Positions 1 through 13,551 are shown, numbered from the stretch's first letter. The stretch: 64,000 bases of DNA from Camelus dromedarius (GCF_036321535.1 NC_087437.1:77564001-77628000), one strand, 5' to 3'. Program-made: numbers and translations. The notes: generated from the letters alone by a model not told the origin.

Positions 1-1592
1 AAAAAATAATAAAGAAACTGAGTCCTTTTTGTGTTCTCTTCTGCAAGATCATGGAGATAATTAATGACAATTTTGGAAGCGAAAGCCACGTCTCATCACT
101 GTTAGAACAGTTTTCTTAAGATAGTGCCCTCTGAAAGGATGTCTTCCTTTCCTTCTCATCCTGCTCTGTGACAGTGTTTCCCCCCTCCCCCCAAGTTTTA
201 GGTTGTTAGAGATGAAATAATTAGTCTGTGGTAAACTGTTCTAAGTAAGGTGGGATGATGGGGCAATTAAAATGTGTTTAGAAAAACCCTGAACAGTTTA
301 AATAATTTTGATAAATATTTCTTTTGCAGAATAGATGTATTTAAGTGGTCCTTTCTCTTGGAAAGTGTTTCATTTCTTTGGCTTCCTGGTAAAGAATAGC
401 TGGGCCTGTTCCAATGACATTTGGATTCCCCAGGTTGTACTTTATTTGGGATCCAGCTGATAGCCAGAAGTCTGTGTGGAATTACCTTGTCTGATGGTGA
501 TTAAAAATGCTAATAAGTGATGGGTTGATATTTATTTTCAAGCTCTCTAGGAGAATGTTTTTAGACCTTCTTAAAAAGTCCTTTCCAGAAGTTCTAAAAC
601 CAGTATGAAGTTCTTAAAATTTAAACATCACAACTTCCTTTCTTTAGAAACCTGGTTTTCTTCAAAGGTGAAACCACACAGCCGTACTAAATATACAGTC
701 AATTAAATCTAATGACTGTATAGCTGTTATATATGCTAAATTATCCTGTAAGATTTTTAATAATATTTTTCAATCAAAACTAATGTATATTAAGAAATAC
801 TTATTTCTGCCACATACATATAGCAGTTAGGGTATTCAAATATAGCTGACACCTTAAGTTGGCCCACTTTTGATTTGCTTAAGGGGTTTTACCATCCAGA
901 TACTGAGATTATGGTGGCAAGATCGAGTGCAATACACTAAAAGGGGAATGGCCTAAAATGTAACAAGTAGATAGATAATTAGCTAAATTAATAAATAATA
1001 ACAAGTTAAAACCAAGGCAGTGTTTTCCTATCGTTGTCATTCATTTTTATTTATATTTTAGAACTATTTTGGCTCCCTATCACAAGACTTTGAACTTGAC
1101 AGGGTTAGTGGGAAGCCACAGCATGAACTTACCTAACTTGCTTTCTTATTATAGTTCAGCTCTTTGATCTTTCATTTAAAGTCGAATGGCTGGAATGCTT
1201 AAAAGAAAAGATTATTTTTAAACAAATGACTAACAACTGAAAATGTATAATTTTCAAATTTCACAGTAATATATTGAATTCTGTAGTAGAAACTGGCTCA
1301 GTTTCTGTCAGAGATGGACAAATTAATTTTTACTTATTTTATTTTTACTTTCCCAAAATGATTTATGTCACAGCTGTTTCACACCACCAGCACTTTATAT
1401 AGAGCACCCCCTGATGGTGATGGCAGTCAATCATTTGAAGATTTACAACTTCCAATTCTTCATATAACTCTGGAGATATTTAAATAGAATTACTGTCATT
1501 GCTTCTTTTACAGATTAATAAATGGAGAGGAGAATGACGTAAAAATGTTTTTTATTCTTTCACTTAAGAACAATCTAACGCACATTTAGTAG

Positions 1593-1781
<189 letters not shown>

Positions 1782-1980
1782 TGAGTATGAGAAATGGGTA
1801 TCAGGGTGCTTTTTACTCAAAGATGTGGACGATAGAGACGGCTTTGTGATGGAGAGACTGGATAGTGAGGCTGATGGTCTGGCTGTTCTTTATTTCAAGA
1901 CTAAGAAATGGATGGATGTTCCTTAGTTTTTATTGTTCATCTCTGAAAATAGTCATTTTAAATAACCTAATTATTTGAGG

Positions 1981-2004
1981 TTTTTTTTTTTTTTTTTTTT
2001 TTTT
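1981..2004. repeat. T24 homopolymer
   Basis: Seen directly. Confidence 0.95.
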
Positions 2005-2441
2005 AAGCATGGTCTTCACAATCCTCAAGTCTAAATATTTCCTTCCAAATATTAGAAAATACTTGGAGGGCGGACCCGGCAGAATGATGGTTCCCCACTG
2101 GTTTTGCTCCTGTGCTCCCAAACTGCACTCCTAGTCAGTGTAGGGCCTTTTAATTCTGCTCTTGGAATCATGAGCAGATTCTGACAGGCTCTGTCTTTGG
2201 GCTGTTGGTGAACTTGCAGAGGATTCTCCCTTGGCGGTTGCAGCAGACAGCTCACAAAAACAAACCACCAAAATCCATCCAGCAGCTCTTCTCTTTTTGA
2301 AAAACAGAGTTGGTTATTAAATGGGCCCAAGACTTCATTTCCATAGGAAGCGCTGTGTGGGTATTTCCCTGAATCTGGTGTCTTCCTTCCGTCCTGCCCG
2401 CCTTCCTCTTTCACTTCCTCTCTTCCTCTTTGTGATTTGGG

Positions 2442-2783
2442 TTTTTTTTGTTTGTTTGTCTTTTTAATTAAAGTATGCTTGATGTACAACACTGTAGGTT
2501 ACAAGTATACAAGATAGTGATTCACAATTTTTAGAGGTTACTCTCCATGTATCACTCCATGTATACAATATGGGCTGTATTTCCCATGGTGCACAGTGAA
2601 TCCGTGTAGCTTATTTGATACCTGATAGTTTGTCCCTATTAATCCCCTCCCCCCATGTTGCCCCTCCCCCTTTCCTCTCCCCATAGTAACCACTAGTTTG
2701 TTCTCTACATCTCTGAGTCTGTTTTCTTTCTTGTAGTCACTAGTTTGTTGTATTTTTTTAGATTCCACATAAAAGTGATACCA
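2442..2783 (-). mobile_element. L1 3' UTR fragment
   Basis: T-rich tail, then typical antisense 3' UTR (gtaaccactagtttgttctct...ttagattccacataaaagtgata). Confidence 0.85.
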
Positions 2784-3477
2784 TTGAATTTAACTATATT
2801 ATAGCAAATAAATTCCAACATCATATCACCATATGAGTTTGTATATTTTACAGAGGAAGAACTTAAGACTTAAAGGTAGTTTAAAATTAAATGTAAAAGT
2901 GTATTAAGAGAGAATTCTTTAAAATGCTTGACTTCTCTTGCCTCCTGTAACCTTTAAATTGCTAGTTTTACTTTGTGTTTTGACCAGTCATGCCAGGTTT
3001 TCTTTTTTTTTCTCCTCCTTCTTCCCTCATCCCTTCCCTTCCTTTTCTCTTCATGTCTTCCTCCTTTTGTCGACATTAATAATAAATCCATATTTCAGAA
3101 TTATATGTTAGTAGCTTTGTTCAGTTTATCTTAAACTGTTCTTTTTCAAACTTTAGAAATATGTTCTCTTTAGTTTTTTAAGGTTAAGAATGCCTTTTTT
3201 TCTCTGCACATAAAGTTTAGGCAGTCTGCTAGTCCCCTTCATAGTAAATACTCCTCTCGTTCATTTTTAGCCAAATGCCATTCCCTTTAGTCTTTTGTTG
3301 TAGTTCCAATGTCACTTCCTCATGCTGGCTTTTGCCATTTGCTTTGCTGAGAAACTTAAGACACATATGCTCAAACTTGCTGCAGCCTGGATTGTGATGG
3401 AAACCTAGCAGGAGAAAGTCCACCAGAGTTTGCCATGGGTAAAGAATTTAAATTTTACTGCTTCTAAAGCAATTGCA

Positions 3478-3612
3478 GGGGGAAGGGTATAGCTCAGTGG
3501 TAGAGTCCTGAGTTCAATCATCAGTACCTTCATTGAAAATAAGTGAATAAATAAATAAATGAGCAAACAAATAAGCAAACCTGATTACCTCACCCCACAA
3601 AATAAAAAAAAA
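3478..3612 (+). mobile_element. tRNA-Ala(AGC)-derived SINE (vic-1-like, camelid) with internal 22-nt deletion
   Basis: GGGGGAAGGGTATAGCTCAGTGGTAGAG (A box), GAGTTCAATC (B box), A-rich tail; TSD TAAAG(C/T)AATTGCA at 3465-3477 and 3613-3625. Confidence 0.88.
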
Positions 3613-5842
3613 TAAAGTAATTGCAAAAATGGAAAAAAGAAAACATAATTGGGACCTATGTGAAGAGATAAAAGTTACGAGCTCTCAAGAAATAGTTACA
3701 TAAGAATTATATGGCAAACTGGTACTAAATGTATATTTCTCTTTTAATTATCATAAATTTGCTATTCTCTTATTTATACCTCACCTCTAGTGCATCAGAA
3801 ATTCCTATGGGTAGCTTTCTGTTCACTGTGACAGGATTTTTGTTTCGAAGAAAATGTACTTCAAAGTTTTAATTTATAAAAAGAGGACGCAAGTGGGCAA
3901 ATCTGTAAATGGAGTAATTTTGATGAACCTTATTTATATTATTCTAATACCTTCCATCCATTTTACAGAAGTCAAAAAAGTAACATTATCGTATTTTAAT
4001 TAGTAGTCTAGCCTCTGAACTGCTATGAAAACTAGCCATTATTATTTACATATACACACGCACGCACATGCACACACACCTTCAGAGGGGTTTAGCTAGT
4101 GGAATTTAAACTTTGATGATAGGTTACATTAAAATAATCAGATCAGATTGGATTTTTTAGATTAGAGTAAAATATTATCTTTTAGATTAAAATATTATCT
4201 TTTTAATTTTTTTCATTTTTTTTCCTTAAGATCTGTAAAAACACAGGATATCGTCTGGTCCAACTATCAGTGTCAGCTGTCCTTTCCTTATAGTTAATCT
4301 GATACTGCCCCTCCCCCTTTCCTCTCCCCACAGTAACTACTGGCTTGTTCTTTGTCACCTGATTAGGTGATAAAGAAGTGTACTTTGATAACCAGCCAAG
4401 ATTCCTTATTTCTTCACTTCTGTTGAAAAGGGCTCATCAGTAGCCCCCGGGATTACTGAGGACAGTGATCACTGAATTTCCCCTTACACATTAAATAGAA
4501 CCTTGTAACCTTTACTCTAGCAACCTTATTGTCAGTTTGTAACCTTTCGTTTCTAAATTCTTCCTAGAATTTCTATACTTTTGAAATTTGATGAACAAAA
4601 TATGTAATAGTTGTAAAAACTGGCCATTTTAAGGTATCAAAATAAAGTTACCAAGTTTTGCTTATCACTCATTTAATATTTGTAGAATTTTATCCCACCC
4701 CCATAATGACACTGTAAATTTGTGTCATATTCAGATGTAATCAACTCCTTTTACAAAGTCTTAAGAAAAAAAACTCACTGATTTGATTCTTACCATTTGA
4801 GAATTGTATATCCTCTAAGTTAATTTTTTTCCAGTTTTTCCTTAGTAATTTTAAACACTTACTAACATATTTGTAGAATATTTAAGGATAAATCTTTTTA
4901 TTACTTCACAGAATAGTATTAGTACAATTTTGCCCTTTAAAATATTTACCACTGTAGTATTATGCTCTTAATTTTTCATTCAAGCCATCTAGAATAGAAA
5001 GATATTAAACAAAATTAACCATAAATTAATGAATTGATGAAATCCAGCAATAATAGCATTTTCTTAATCTAAAGTATTTACCAACACAATAAACTTCATT
5101 TTTTAATGAATTTCTGAATGATTAAAAATTGGTTTAGCACAGCAAGACAGCCTTGTAACTTTTAGTTTTTATTTTAATTCTCTCTAACAATGGAACCTTA
5201 TGTTTATGAACCACTCCATGCATGTAGCTTGATTTGGAGTAAATGAAACAGAATTGTGCCGTTTTCTAATTCTTTAAACCTGTGTGTGTGTGCACATGTG
5301 TATGGCTCGGGGTAAGTGGAAGGTGAGACAGAAAGAAAGACAATGGGAAACTGGAGAAAGAGGAACACCACCCAAGTGCTGAATAACTTTTCTGGTAAAA
5401 CTGTGGGCTTCAATTCCATTTTTCTCTCCTTGTGGTACTCAGCATGGTGTAAAATGATATGTTTAAAATTAACTGTGCTTCATCTGAAAGGCATAATAAT
5501 TGCAAATAAGTGTATAGAGTTTTTGGAATAGAACATGAGTGGTCAAGAAAATAAATTTTTAACTTACCTAAAGGACATACAGTAAAAGTGTTTCATTGAA
5601 AATGATTTCTTAAAGGCTGAGTCCATATTCATTATGTATCTGTCTTATTAAAATGATTCCTAGATTTTAAATGTCCTAAAAATAACTTGCTGTATTGTGG
5701 AAACAGTGATAGAATAGATTCTTGATATGTTACATTAAAAGGGAAACATCCAAATGTGTGGTTTGGATGTAGAAGAATCCAATTAAATGACCCTAAATGC
5801 AGGTAAAACTTTATGTTAATAAAATTTCTCTTTATAATCTAG

Positions 5843-5930
5843 CTATCTTTATCCTGATGGGAGGAGTTATAATCCTGATTTAACTGGATTATGTGAACCT
5901 ACACCCCATGATCATATAAAAGTTACACAG
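5843..5930 (+). CDS. CBLB: CBLB exon 8: end of TKB / start of linker ([29 protein letters not shown])
   Basis: Acceptor tctAG (5841-5842), donor GTAAGG at 5931; 88 nt, phase 2-0. Confidence 0.97.
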
Positions 5931-6349
5931 GTAAGGACAATTTCTGGAAACTTATTTCTAATTAATAAGTACTTGTGATGCATTTGAAATAAATATTGTT
6001 CTCTACTTACAGATAAAATCATGTACAGGTGTTTAATGCAAAATATACTTGGGGAATTCTAACCATGTTTGAAAGGAAATTACATTACTTTCTCCATTTT
6101 TTTGGATAAGAATTTCTGCTGTTAGTATTCTTGCTTCCAACACAATACTGACGTTTATGTGGGGAGATAGATAAATCATAGGTAGGGAGCTAGATATGAG
6201 GAGAGAGCTATTGGTCTAGGAAACTTCAAGGAAGATTAGAATAATTATATGTATTAGTGTTTGAGGTGAATGAATAATTGAAGCCTGTTAATAATTATAT
6301 TCTTATAAATCTGTTGCTGGCCACCTCATAGGTTATGAGTAGGAGTGTC

Positions 6350-6870
6350 ACTTGGTAAAGCCCGCCTTGAGAGTGACATTCAGTAATTATCAAAATCTAA
6401 ACACCTTTGACTCTAGATTCCAAGTACCTATCACTTGCATATACACACAGAGATCTGTACACCAGGATGTTCACGTTAGCATTTTCATCAGTATGAAATA
6501 CTATAAAATACTATAATATTTAATCATAGGTTAAAGACCATAGTATAGGCATACTGTATTATACTGTGAAGCCTTTAATAGGAGGCAGATGGACCTACAT
6601 CCTCCCATGGGAACCTCTGCGTCTTGTTACGTAAAAAAGTTATGTAGAGCTCAATTACGTAACATTTTGTTTGTAAAATTACATTAGGTAAGTTCAATTT
6701 CTATAAATAAAAAATTACCATGAATGAATATGAATGTGCTTTAAAAAAAAAATTGAAAAACACCAAACTGGTAACAATGTTTAACTGAGAGAGAACCTGA
6801 ATATTTTCTGTTACGTGTAACTTAGTATTAAAATGTTTTATGATTAAATATATTTGTGTTTTATGTAATA
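6350..6870 (+). mobile_element. Highly diverged L1ME-like 3' remnant
   Basis: Degenerate motifs (acctttgactctagattcca, caggatgttcac...agcatt); boundaries approximate. Confidence 0.45.
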
Positions 6871-8501
6871 ATAAAAACCTAATAAAAGACAAATTATAGA
6901 TTTGAGGGAAAACAACAAAATTTTTTGTGTTTCTAATTCCCCAGGATTTGGTCTCAGTGGCCTTGATGTTGTTATGTGAACACACTTATTGACACGTGTA
7001 CCACACGTGTGTGGGGAGTTTTAAAAATTTAATATACGAAAGCCATTTTAAAATTATGTAGTGATTTTGTATTTTCTAACGTACATTGAAAGACACTCAT
7101 GAGAGAGAATTCCTCATTATAAAGCCATTGTTTTAAAATTGCTTAGAAACACATACTTAGGAGTAGTATCACTCCCTTAAATTAATCCTAAGTATTTGAA
7201 TAGCTTACCCCTTACGTTGCATTGAATTCTGCGTCAGTGATTTTAGCTTATTTTCATTTTTTTTATCAATGCAAATTGGTCCTTTTGGTGTCATAACCAG
7301 TATAGATACTTATCTATCATTTTAGGGACTTCAGTGGTACATGATTTATTTTGGATTACTTTAGATTTCTTTTCTATCTTGATCGATTCTCTCTTGTTTT
7401 TTTCCTTAATTTACTTAAAAGTATTTTATATAGTTATACATATATCACGATAGACAATGTGTATATGAATGTGTGGGTATATGTGTGGGTGTGCATCTGT
7501 GTTTATGTATATCCTTTTTCTCACCAAGATTGTAAGATCTTTTGGTAGATTAGGGATTAAATATTGTTATTTATTCATCCTACCCAGGGCCATGTACATG
7601 GCAGGCACTTACTAGACTAAAACATTGCCTAATTTAAACAAATTTTTATTTCTGTGATTCCTTTTCTTTATATCCTATTAAATACTGTTTTTATATTTTC
7701 TTTATATTTACCAATATATTTGTATCTTCTTTGTGGTGTAGATCTTTTTGATATTTGAACACTGAAAATTTAGCTATGCCAAAAGCTTCTAAACTAGTAA
7801 ATCAAGAAAACAGATGTTTAATAAAACAGCTGTTGGTTGCTGAAGTGATTACTTTTCTTGACTGTGATAGACTGGGAAAAGAGTGTGTAAATGATAGTTA
7901 GAGATTTAACCTAGAATTTGAGGAAAACAATTTAAACTTAACTAAGCCTTAGATATTTTTTTTATTCAGTATATCTTATGCTTTGGAAATTATGTGACAT
8001 AATAAATATGGACCACAGTGCCAAGCATGCAGAAAGGCCTTGCCATATGCTGCCTTTCTTCCATTCTGGAATTTTTATAGATATCTAAGAAATAAAATTA
8101 ATGATCAGCCAGAATCATATATGTATTTTTTGTATAATTTGATAGTAAAATTAGATGAGTATGTGGCATTTACAAAGGAAATAGTTATTTATATTTCTTT
8201 TAAAACCTTAAATTTGTCTTTTAAATTACTCTACTGATGCAGTTGCCTTGCTGAAAGACCAGTAAAAAAGGTTAATCAGAAGTATGAAAAAGCTTATGCA
8301 ATTGCTGATAAAATCTCAAAAATGTTTTAAAAAGTAACTTTGTAGACCATATTGTGATTACCAGTTTAAATCATGTCTTAAATGGCAACATAATCTGACA
8401 CGATCAAGTGTGAGGAATTTACTGTAAGTCATTGTATTTAAGAAAATTCAGTGTTAACAGTTCATGCTAGAAATTCTTTAATGTTGCTTTTTTTTTCCTG
8501 A

Positions 8502-8648
<147 letters not shown>

Positions 8649-11600
8649 TGATCAAGGTTTAATTAGCAACATTGATGTCTTCCTTATGTTCCCTATGGAT
8701 AGTTCTCCTTTCAGTTTTCTCCATCTTAATGATTCGGGAAATAACACTGATAAGTGCTTTGTTTGAATGGTAGTTAAAAAAAAAATCTCATTGTTTGAGT
8801 CTTGCATTTATATAATTTGACTTCTTTGCTGTTTTTATATTTTGTTTCCATTGTTTTAAATTATAACTTAATTTTGTGATATTAATCATAAGTAGTTCTA
8901 CTTCTGTAACACTGTGGATTTCAAAATGTGACTTATCAATATTGCCAGCTGACCATATTTGTATTATTTATTGTAGTTCAGGTTCTATTTATAGCAGGTC
9001 AGATTCTCAAGCAAAGTGTGAACCACAGTAGGTAAATCTTAACGTTGTTGTTTCAGCACCCCTCTTCTTCTGAGAAGGTGTGACTCCTGTCACACATGTC
9101 CACAATTGCTCTGCAAGGTGAAAATAGGAGAATCAGACAGAAAAAGGTCCCCCAGATAGATACAGTTCCCATAGAAATAGGCATTACATTTTCCAGTTTA
9201 CAGAAGCAGAGTCTGAAACAAGCTGCCTTCCCCTCTGCAGTTGGACATTCAATAAATATAAATTGATTTGATGTGTTACAATAAGACCTGGAGAATAATT
9301 GGTTTCTCCAAGGGCTTTTTTAATATTTCTTTATCTGTAATAAAGGTTGAAGGTTTTAAGATGGAGCTTCAGACAGATTTCCAGTTTTGAGTATTTGGAG
9401 GTCTCACAGAACGTTTTGCTCAGGCTGTTTGTTAACTGTTGTAGTTCATACAGTCAATACTGAAGTCATTGTTGTTGATGGGATTTAGAAAGTTAATAAT
9501 TAAAATTTTAAGCCTTTAAAAGAAAAATTTGCAATTGAGTGTATTATCAGTCCTACCCTATTCCTGAAGCTTCTCTCCAACCCAGAACCTGTGTGTAGCC
9601 TGAGGGGGGATGGCCTCAGAGGATGAGGAAGGGGCCATGCAGACTCAGAGGAGCACTGATGTTTGTTAAGCTCATTACTTGGTAACAAAATACGGTGATT
9701 TTCACATTTTCACAACTTTATAAAAAGGGCCTCCTTCTTCCTTTGGGGAGATTTTAAAAAATGGATGAAAAAAAAGGGGAAGAACTGGAAAATGAATTAC
9801 AGTTGATTTACATTTTCAAAGCTATTTCTGAACTCCCACACATCTTTGCTACATTGATAAAAACTGTCCAACATCCCTACACTTCTCTCTCTCAATATGC
9901 ATGTGACTTATGTCTTAAGATTTTCCTTGTTACCCTTGTACTAATTTCCCTTTATCCCCTCCTGATGTTTGTGAATTTTGTGTCATATAGCAGGATGTTG
10001 GAGGAAGAAGGATCTAGCGAGAGGTTGGAGGAAGAAGGATGCTCAGTGTGGCATCAGCAAACTCAACATAAATTCACTTGATTGCTATTTAAGTTAACAA
10101 TAATAGTTCTGCAGACGTAGCAATGTCTTTTTATAAATGAGTTTCAATACATTTAGTTACACTGGTAGAAGACAAAGCTGTCAATTGGCAAGTGAGTTTC
10201 AAATGTATCAGTAGAAAGTATTAGATGTTACTGAGTCAGTGTCCAGCTGACTGGGATGGGGCAACTTTAGGATGATCTGCCTTAACCTGAAAGCAATTAA
10301 GTATTTCAGGGTAAATACTAAACTGACAGAGGCCAAATGTGTTTGTCATCCCTTTGGATTGACTTACGCCTTCAGTGTGGTAGTATGGTTCTCACAGTTA
10401 AGAAGAAACTAAAATCTCTGCTATTCTCCCTAAAGAAAACCAGACTTTGAGGCCAGAACAGTCTCCCAGGACTCTACCTCCCTGCATGGCCCTTGTATTT
10501 CAGCCCCTTCTCTTGATGCATCGGTCCTGGAGCGTCCAAACACATACATACTGCAGAACTTAGCATCTTTAACCTGAAACTTACCTAATATTTGGAAGTT
10601 AAATTGGTTAAAAGTCCCTTCATTTGACAGAAACCTTGGATTAGTAAAGGTTATTGTTTAAAGTGGTGTATAAAATAGCTGTTTACCGTGTGGCTCATAA
10701 TGAGTAAAAGAGTAGGGCTGAATCTAAAACAAAAGATTTACTTATTTTACAAAGTTCTGTATACTTGTTAAATGAAATTTATTTTTTAAAACTTCAGGCC
10801 AGTGCTGTATATTTTATTTTGTATGTTTGTGAACTATTTGCAATAGGCGTGTTACTGCAAAAGGCACACTCAGTTGTCAGGGCTGTTACTAATCCTTTGC
10901 CCTCTACATCACAACTTTTCTGTGTATTACTCTGCCTCTTCCAGATGGTGTAGTTCCTCTTGCCAGTTGCAAATCAGTTTCTTGATTCACTTCATGATTT
11001 TTCATATTTGTCTCATGGTCTAATACGAAGATACGTCCAGTCATATTTGCAAATTGTTAACATTTGCAATTTCCTTTTTTTGCTCTGAGGTACTTCTTAG
11101 TTTTACTTTCAGAGGTTGAGGAAGTGCATAAATTGCCAAGCACTAAAAACTATCTCTGAGTAAAATTTTAGGAAACATTATATGTAAAGGTAGTAATAAA
11201 ATAGTATTTTACTAAGTAAAGTAGTAAGAAAAAAAAAAGACAAATTCAGAAGTACTTGGAAGGTTGAAATAATATTCAAATTAAATCCCTAGATGTCACT
11301 AGAGAATAATGTCAGTATCCTAATATTATCATTGAATTTTGCATGTAGGTTAATGAAAAATATGTAAAGGCATCAGCATTTAAAAAGTTCTTCCAACACT
11401 AGACAGTTCATGGTTAATAAATATTCTCCTGATACATTTTGTATATGTCCCTGTAAGCTTTTACCTCCTTGTATTTGTATTGTAAACATTTCCATACATA
11501 TTTACCTGTTTCTCCTCTCAGATGTGGATTGCTTTACCTATTTGAGAATTTCTCTCCCCTAGCATGCTACCTACACGTGGGTTAGTTACTCAGTAAATAC

Positions 11601-11821
11601 CCGTAGACTCCATGCGAGATAACGTAAAGGAAAGAGAATAATGGACGAAGACTACAACAGATAAAAAGACACTGATACTGTAGATCAGTTGGGAAAGGGT
11701 CTTGTAATGTCTCAGTTCTGTCTTATTTCTCCTCTGAAAAGGATCTGTGATCTTTTCAAAGACCTTTCCTCTTGTTCAAGATCTGAGGAGTCCTAAGAGT
11801 TTTAAACCTTAGATCCATTTG

Positions 11822-11873
11822 TTCCATTCAGTAGCTACCGGATGATTCCATTCAGTAGCTACCGGATGATTCC
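11822..11873. repeat. Perfect 24-bp tandem duplication
   Basis: TTCCATTCAGTAGCTACCGGATGA twice (11822-11845, 11846-11869), followed by TTCC. Confidence 0.95.
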
Positions 11874-13524
11874 CTTCAACTTTTCACATTTTGATTTTTG
11901 CACTTTTTTTTTTTTTGGCTGGCAGTATTACTAGCATGAGTGATCTCTGGTTCAAGTTTTCTCTACCCTATTGTTAGGCCAAGGTTTGAGAATTTCAGAG
12001 TGATATTCCACAGTCTCTGTATCTCAATAGGATTTGAGTGATGAAGGAAGTTCACACTTTTGAACATTTCCATTCTTGGATAACCTGAGCATTTCTACAT
12101 TTCCATATGGATTCCAGAAGGGCTAGTTCCTGCCAGCCAGTCTGTTTTGGCAGTTTTCATATTGCTGTATGAAGAGCAGTGTTTGACAATCATTTAAACA
12201 CATAATTGCAAAATGCCCCTATTATTTAATAAAAATAAAAATTTTATAAAGTTAATCCAATTAAAACACAGTTGACAAACATTGACTGTACTTAAAACCT
12301 CACATCATAGCCTCAGTGGACTCACTGGACTTAACCTACTTGATGGTGACTCTGAGGGGAAAAAGAAAATATGGAGCATTTTTATAGTTTTGCAATATTT
12401 TGTCAAACATTGTATCTAAACTCACAGATGTAAAAAATGTGTGATTATTAAGTCTCTGGATATGAGTGACGTTTGTCTTTTTCAACTGTTTCCTTATTCA
12501 AAATGGTAAAAGGCTAGATGGAGTCTGTTTTCTGACTTTAAAACCAGTGTTTTTATTTTATAGGCTTGTTGGTTTTTTCTATCAGAGAAAAAGTTAAGTT
12601 TTGAAATTTAATTGTGCACTGGGATAATTTGGTTTCCATTAACTGGCTCAGTAGAAGCTGACATAGAATTTTTCATCCATCATTCTCCAAGATCTCAAAT
12701 CCCATTCATTTATTCAGGAAAACACTCTGAGCAGCTTCTGTGGCTCAGGTTCTATACTAATCTCTGAGATAAGAATACTGAGACACTCTCTATCCTTGAG
12801 AAGTTAAAATTAAATCTGAAAATTTTATAGACGGACATGATATTAATAATCACTTGAAATGAATATCTTGTTATCCTTCAAATTTAATTATGGATGCAAG
12901 ACATTTGCTACTTTCTACTGCTTTGGTTGGGCATGCTGCTATGAAAAGGATCTGAAAGGCTGCGTGGCTGCCAAGAAGCTCTGATAAATCAGTCAGAGTC
13001 CAATAGGAAATATTAAACCCTGACCATAAAACATTATGTGTTCAGCCATTGTGCATTTTTAGTAAGTCATCCTTCACCAGCTTTTCCTTCCATTTGATGC
13101 TCTACTTTGGTTTAATTGAAATTCAGTGGAGACTTAAATTTTATGTAATTAACGGAAACCCTAAGAAATGCACAGGAGCGATGTCAGTTGTTACAGGCTG
13201 CAAGTGGTTACTCTTTAATTGCTGTCATAATGGCCCATTAGTCATGCCTCCAAAGAGGTGTCAGATACTTTTTTTCCCCTTCTGAAACATCTGTGTTATT
13301 TAATAAATTGAATAAGCAAGCCTGGGTTTGCACAGAATACTAAATAAGTTGGGTAGTCACCTCCCTAGAGGCATTCTTTGAAACAGCATCACTCAGGGTG
13401 CGGCATTTCTATTCTGCCCTTAGCAATGGAACTTGGAGAGTTTCTTTCACTGCCACACATTTTCCCAAACATTTCTCTTTACCCTGAACTCCTCCATGTT
13501 TGTTAGTTTGTTTTCTTTCTTTCC

Positions 13525-13551
13525 TTTTTTTTTTTTTTTTTTTTTTTTTTT
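13525..13551. repeat. T27 homopolymer
   Basis: Seen directly. Confidence 0.95.

Noticed and set aside
2052..2492. 146-aa minus-strand ORF
   Set aside because: Begins in an L1 tail (Lys/Asn/Gln-rich from A tracts) and has no recognisable homology.
9997..10040. Repeat-spacer-repeat pattern as a CRISPR-like array
   Set aside because: Only two units with a 10-nt spacer in a mammalian intron; this is a local duplication.
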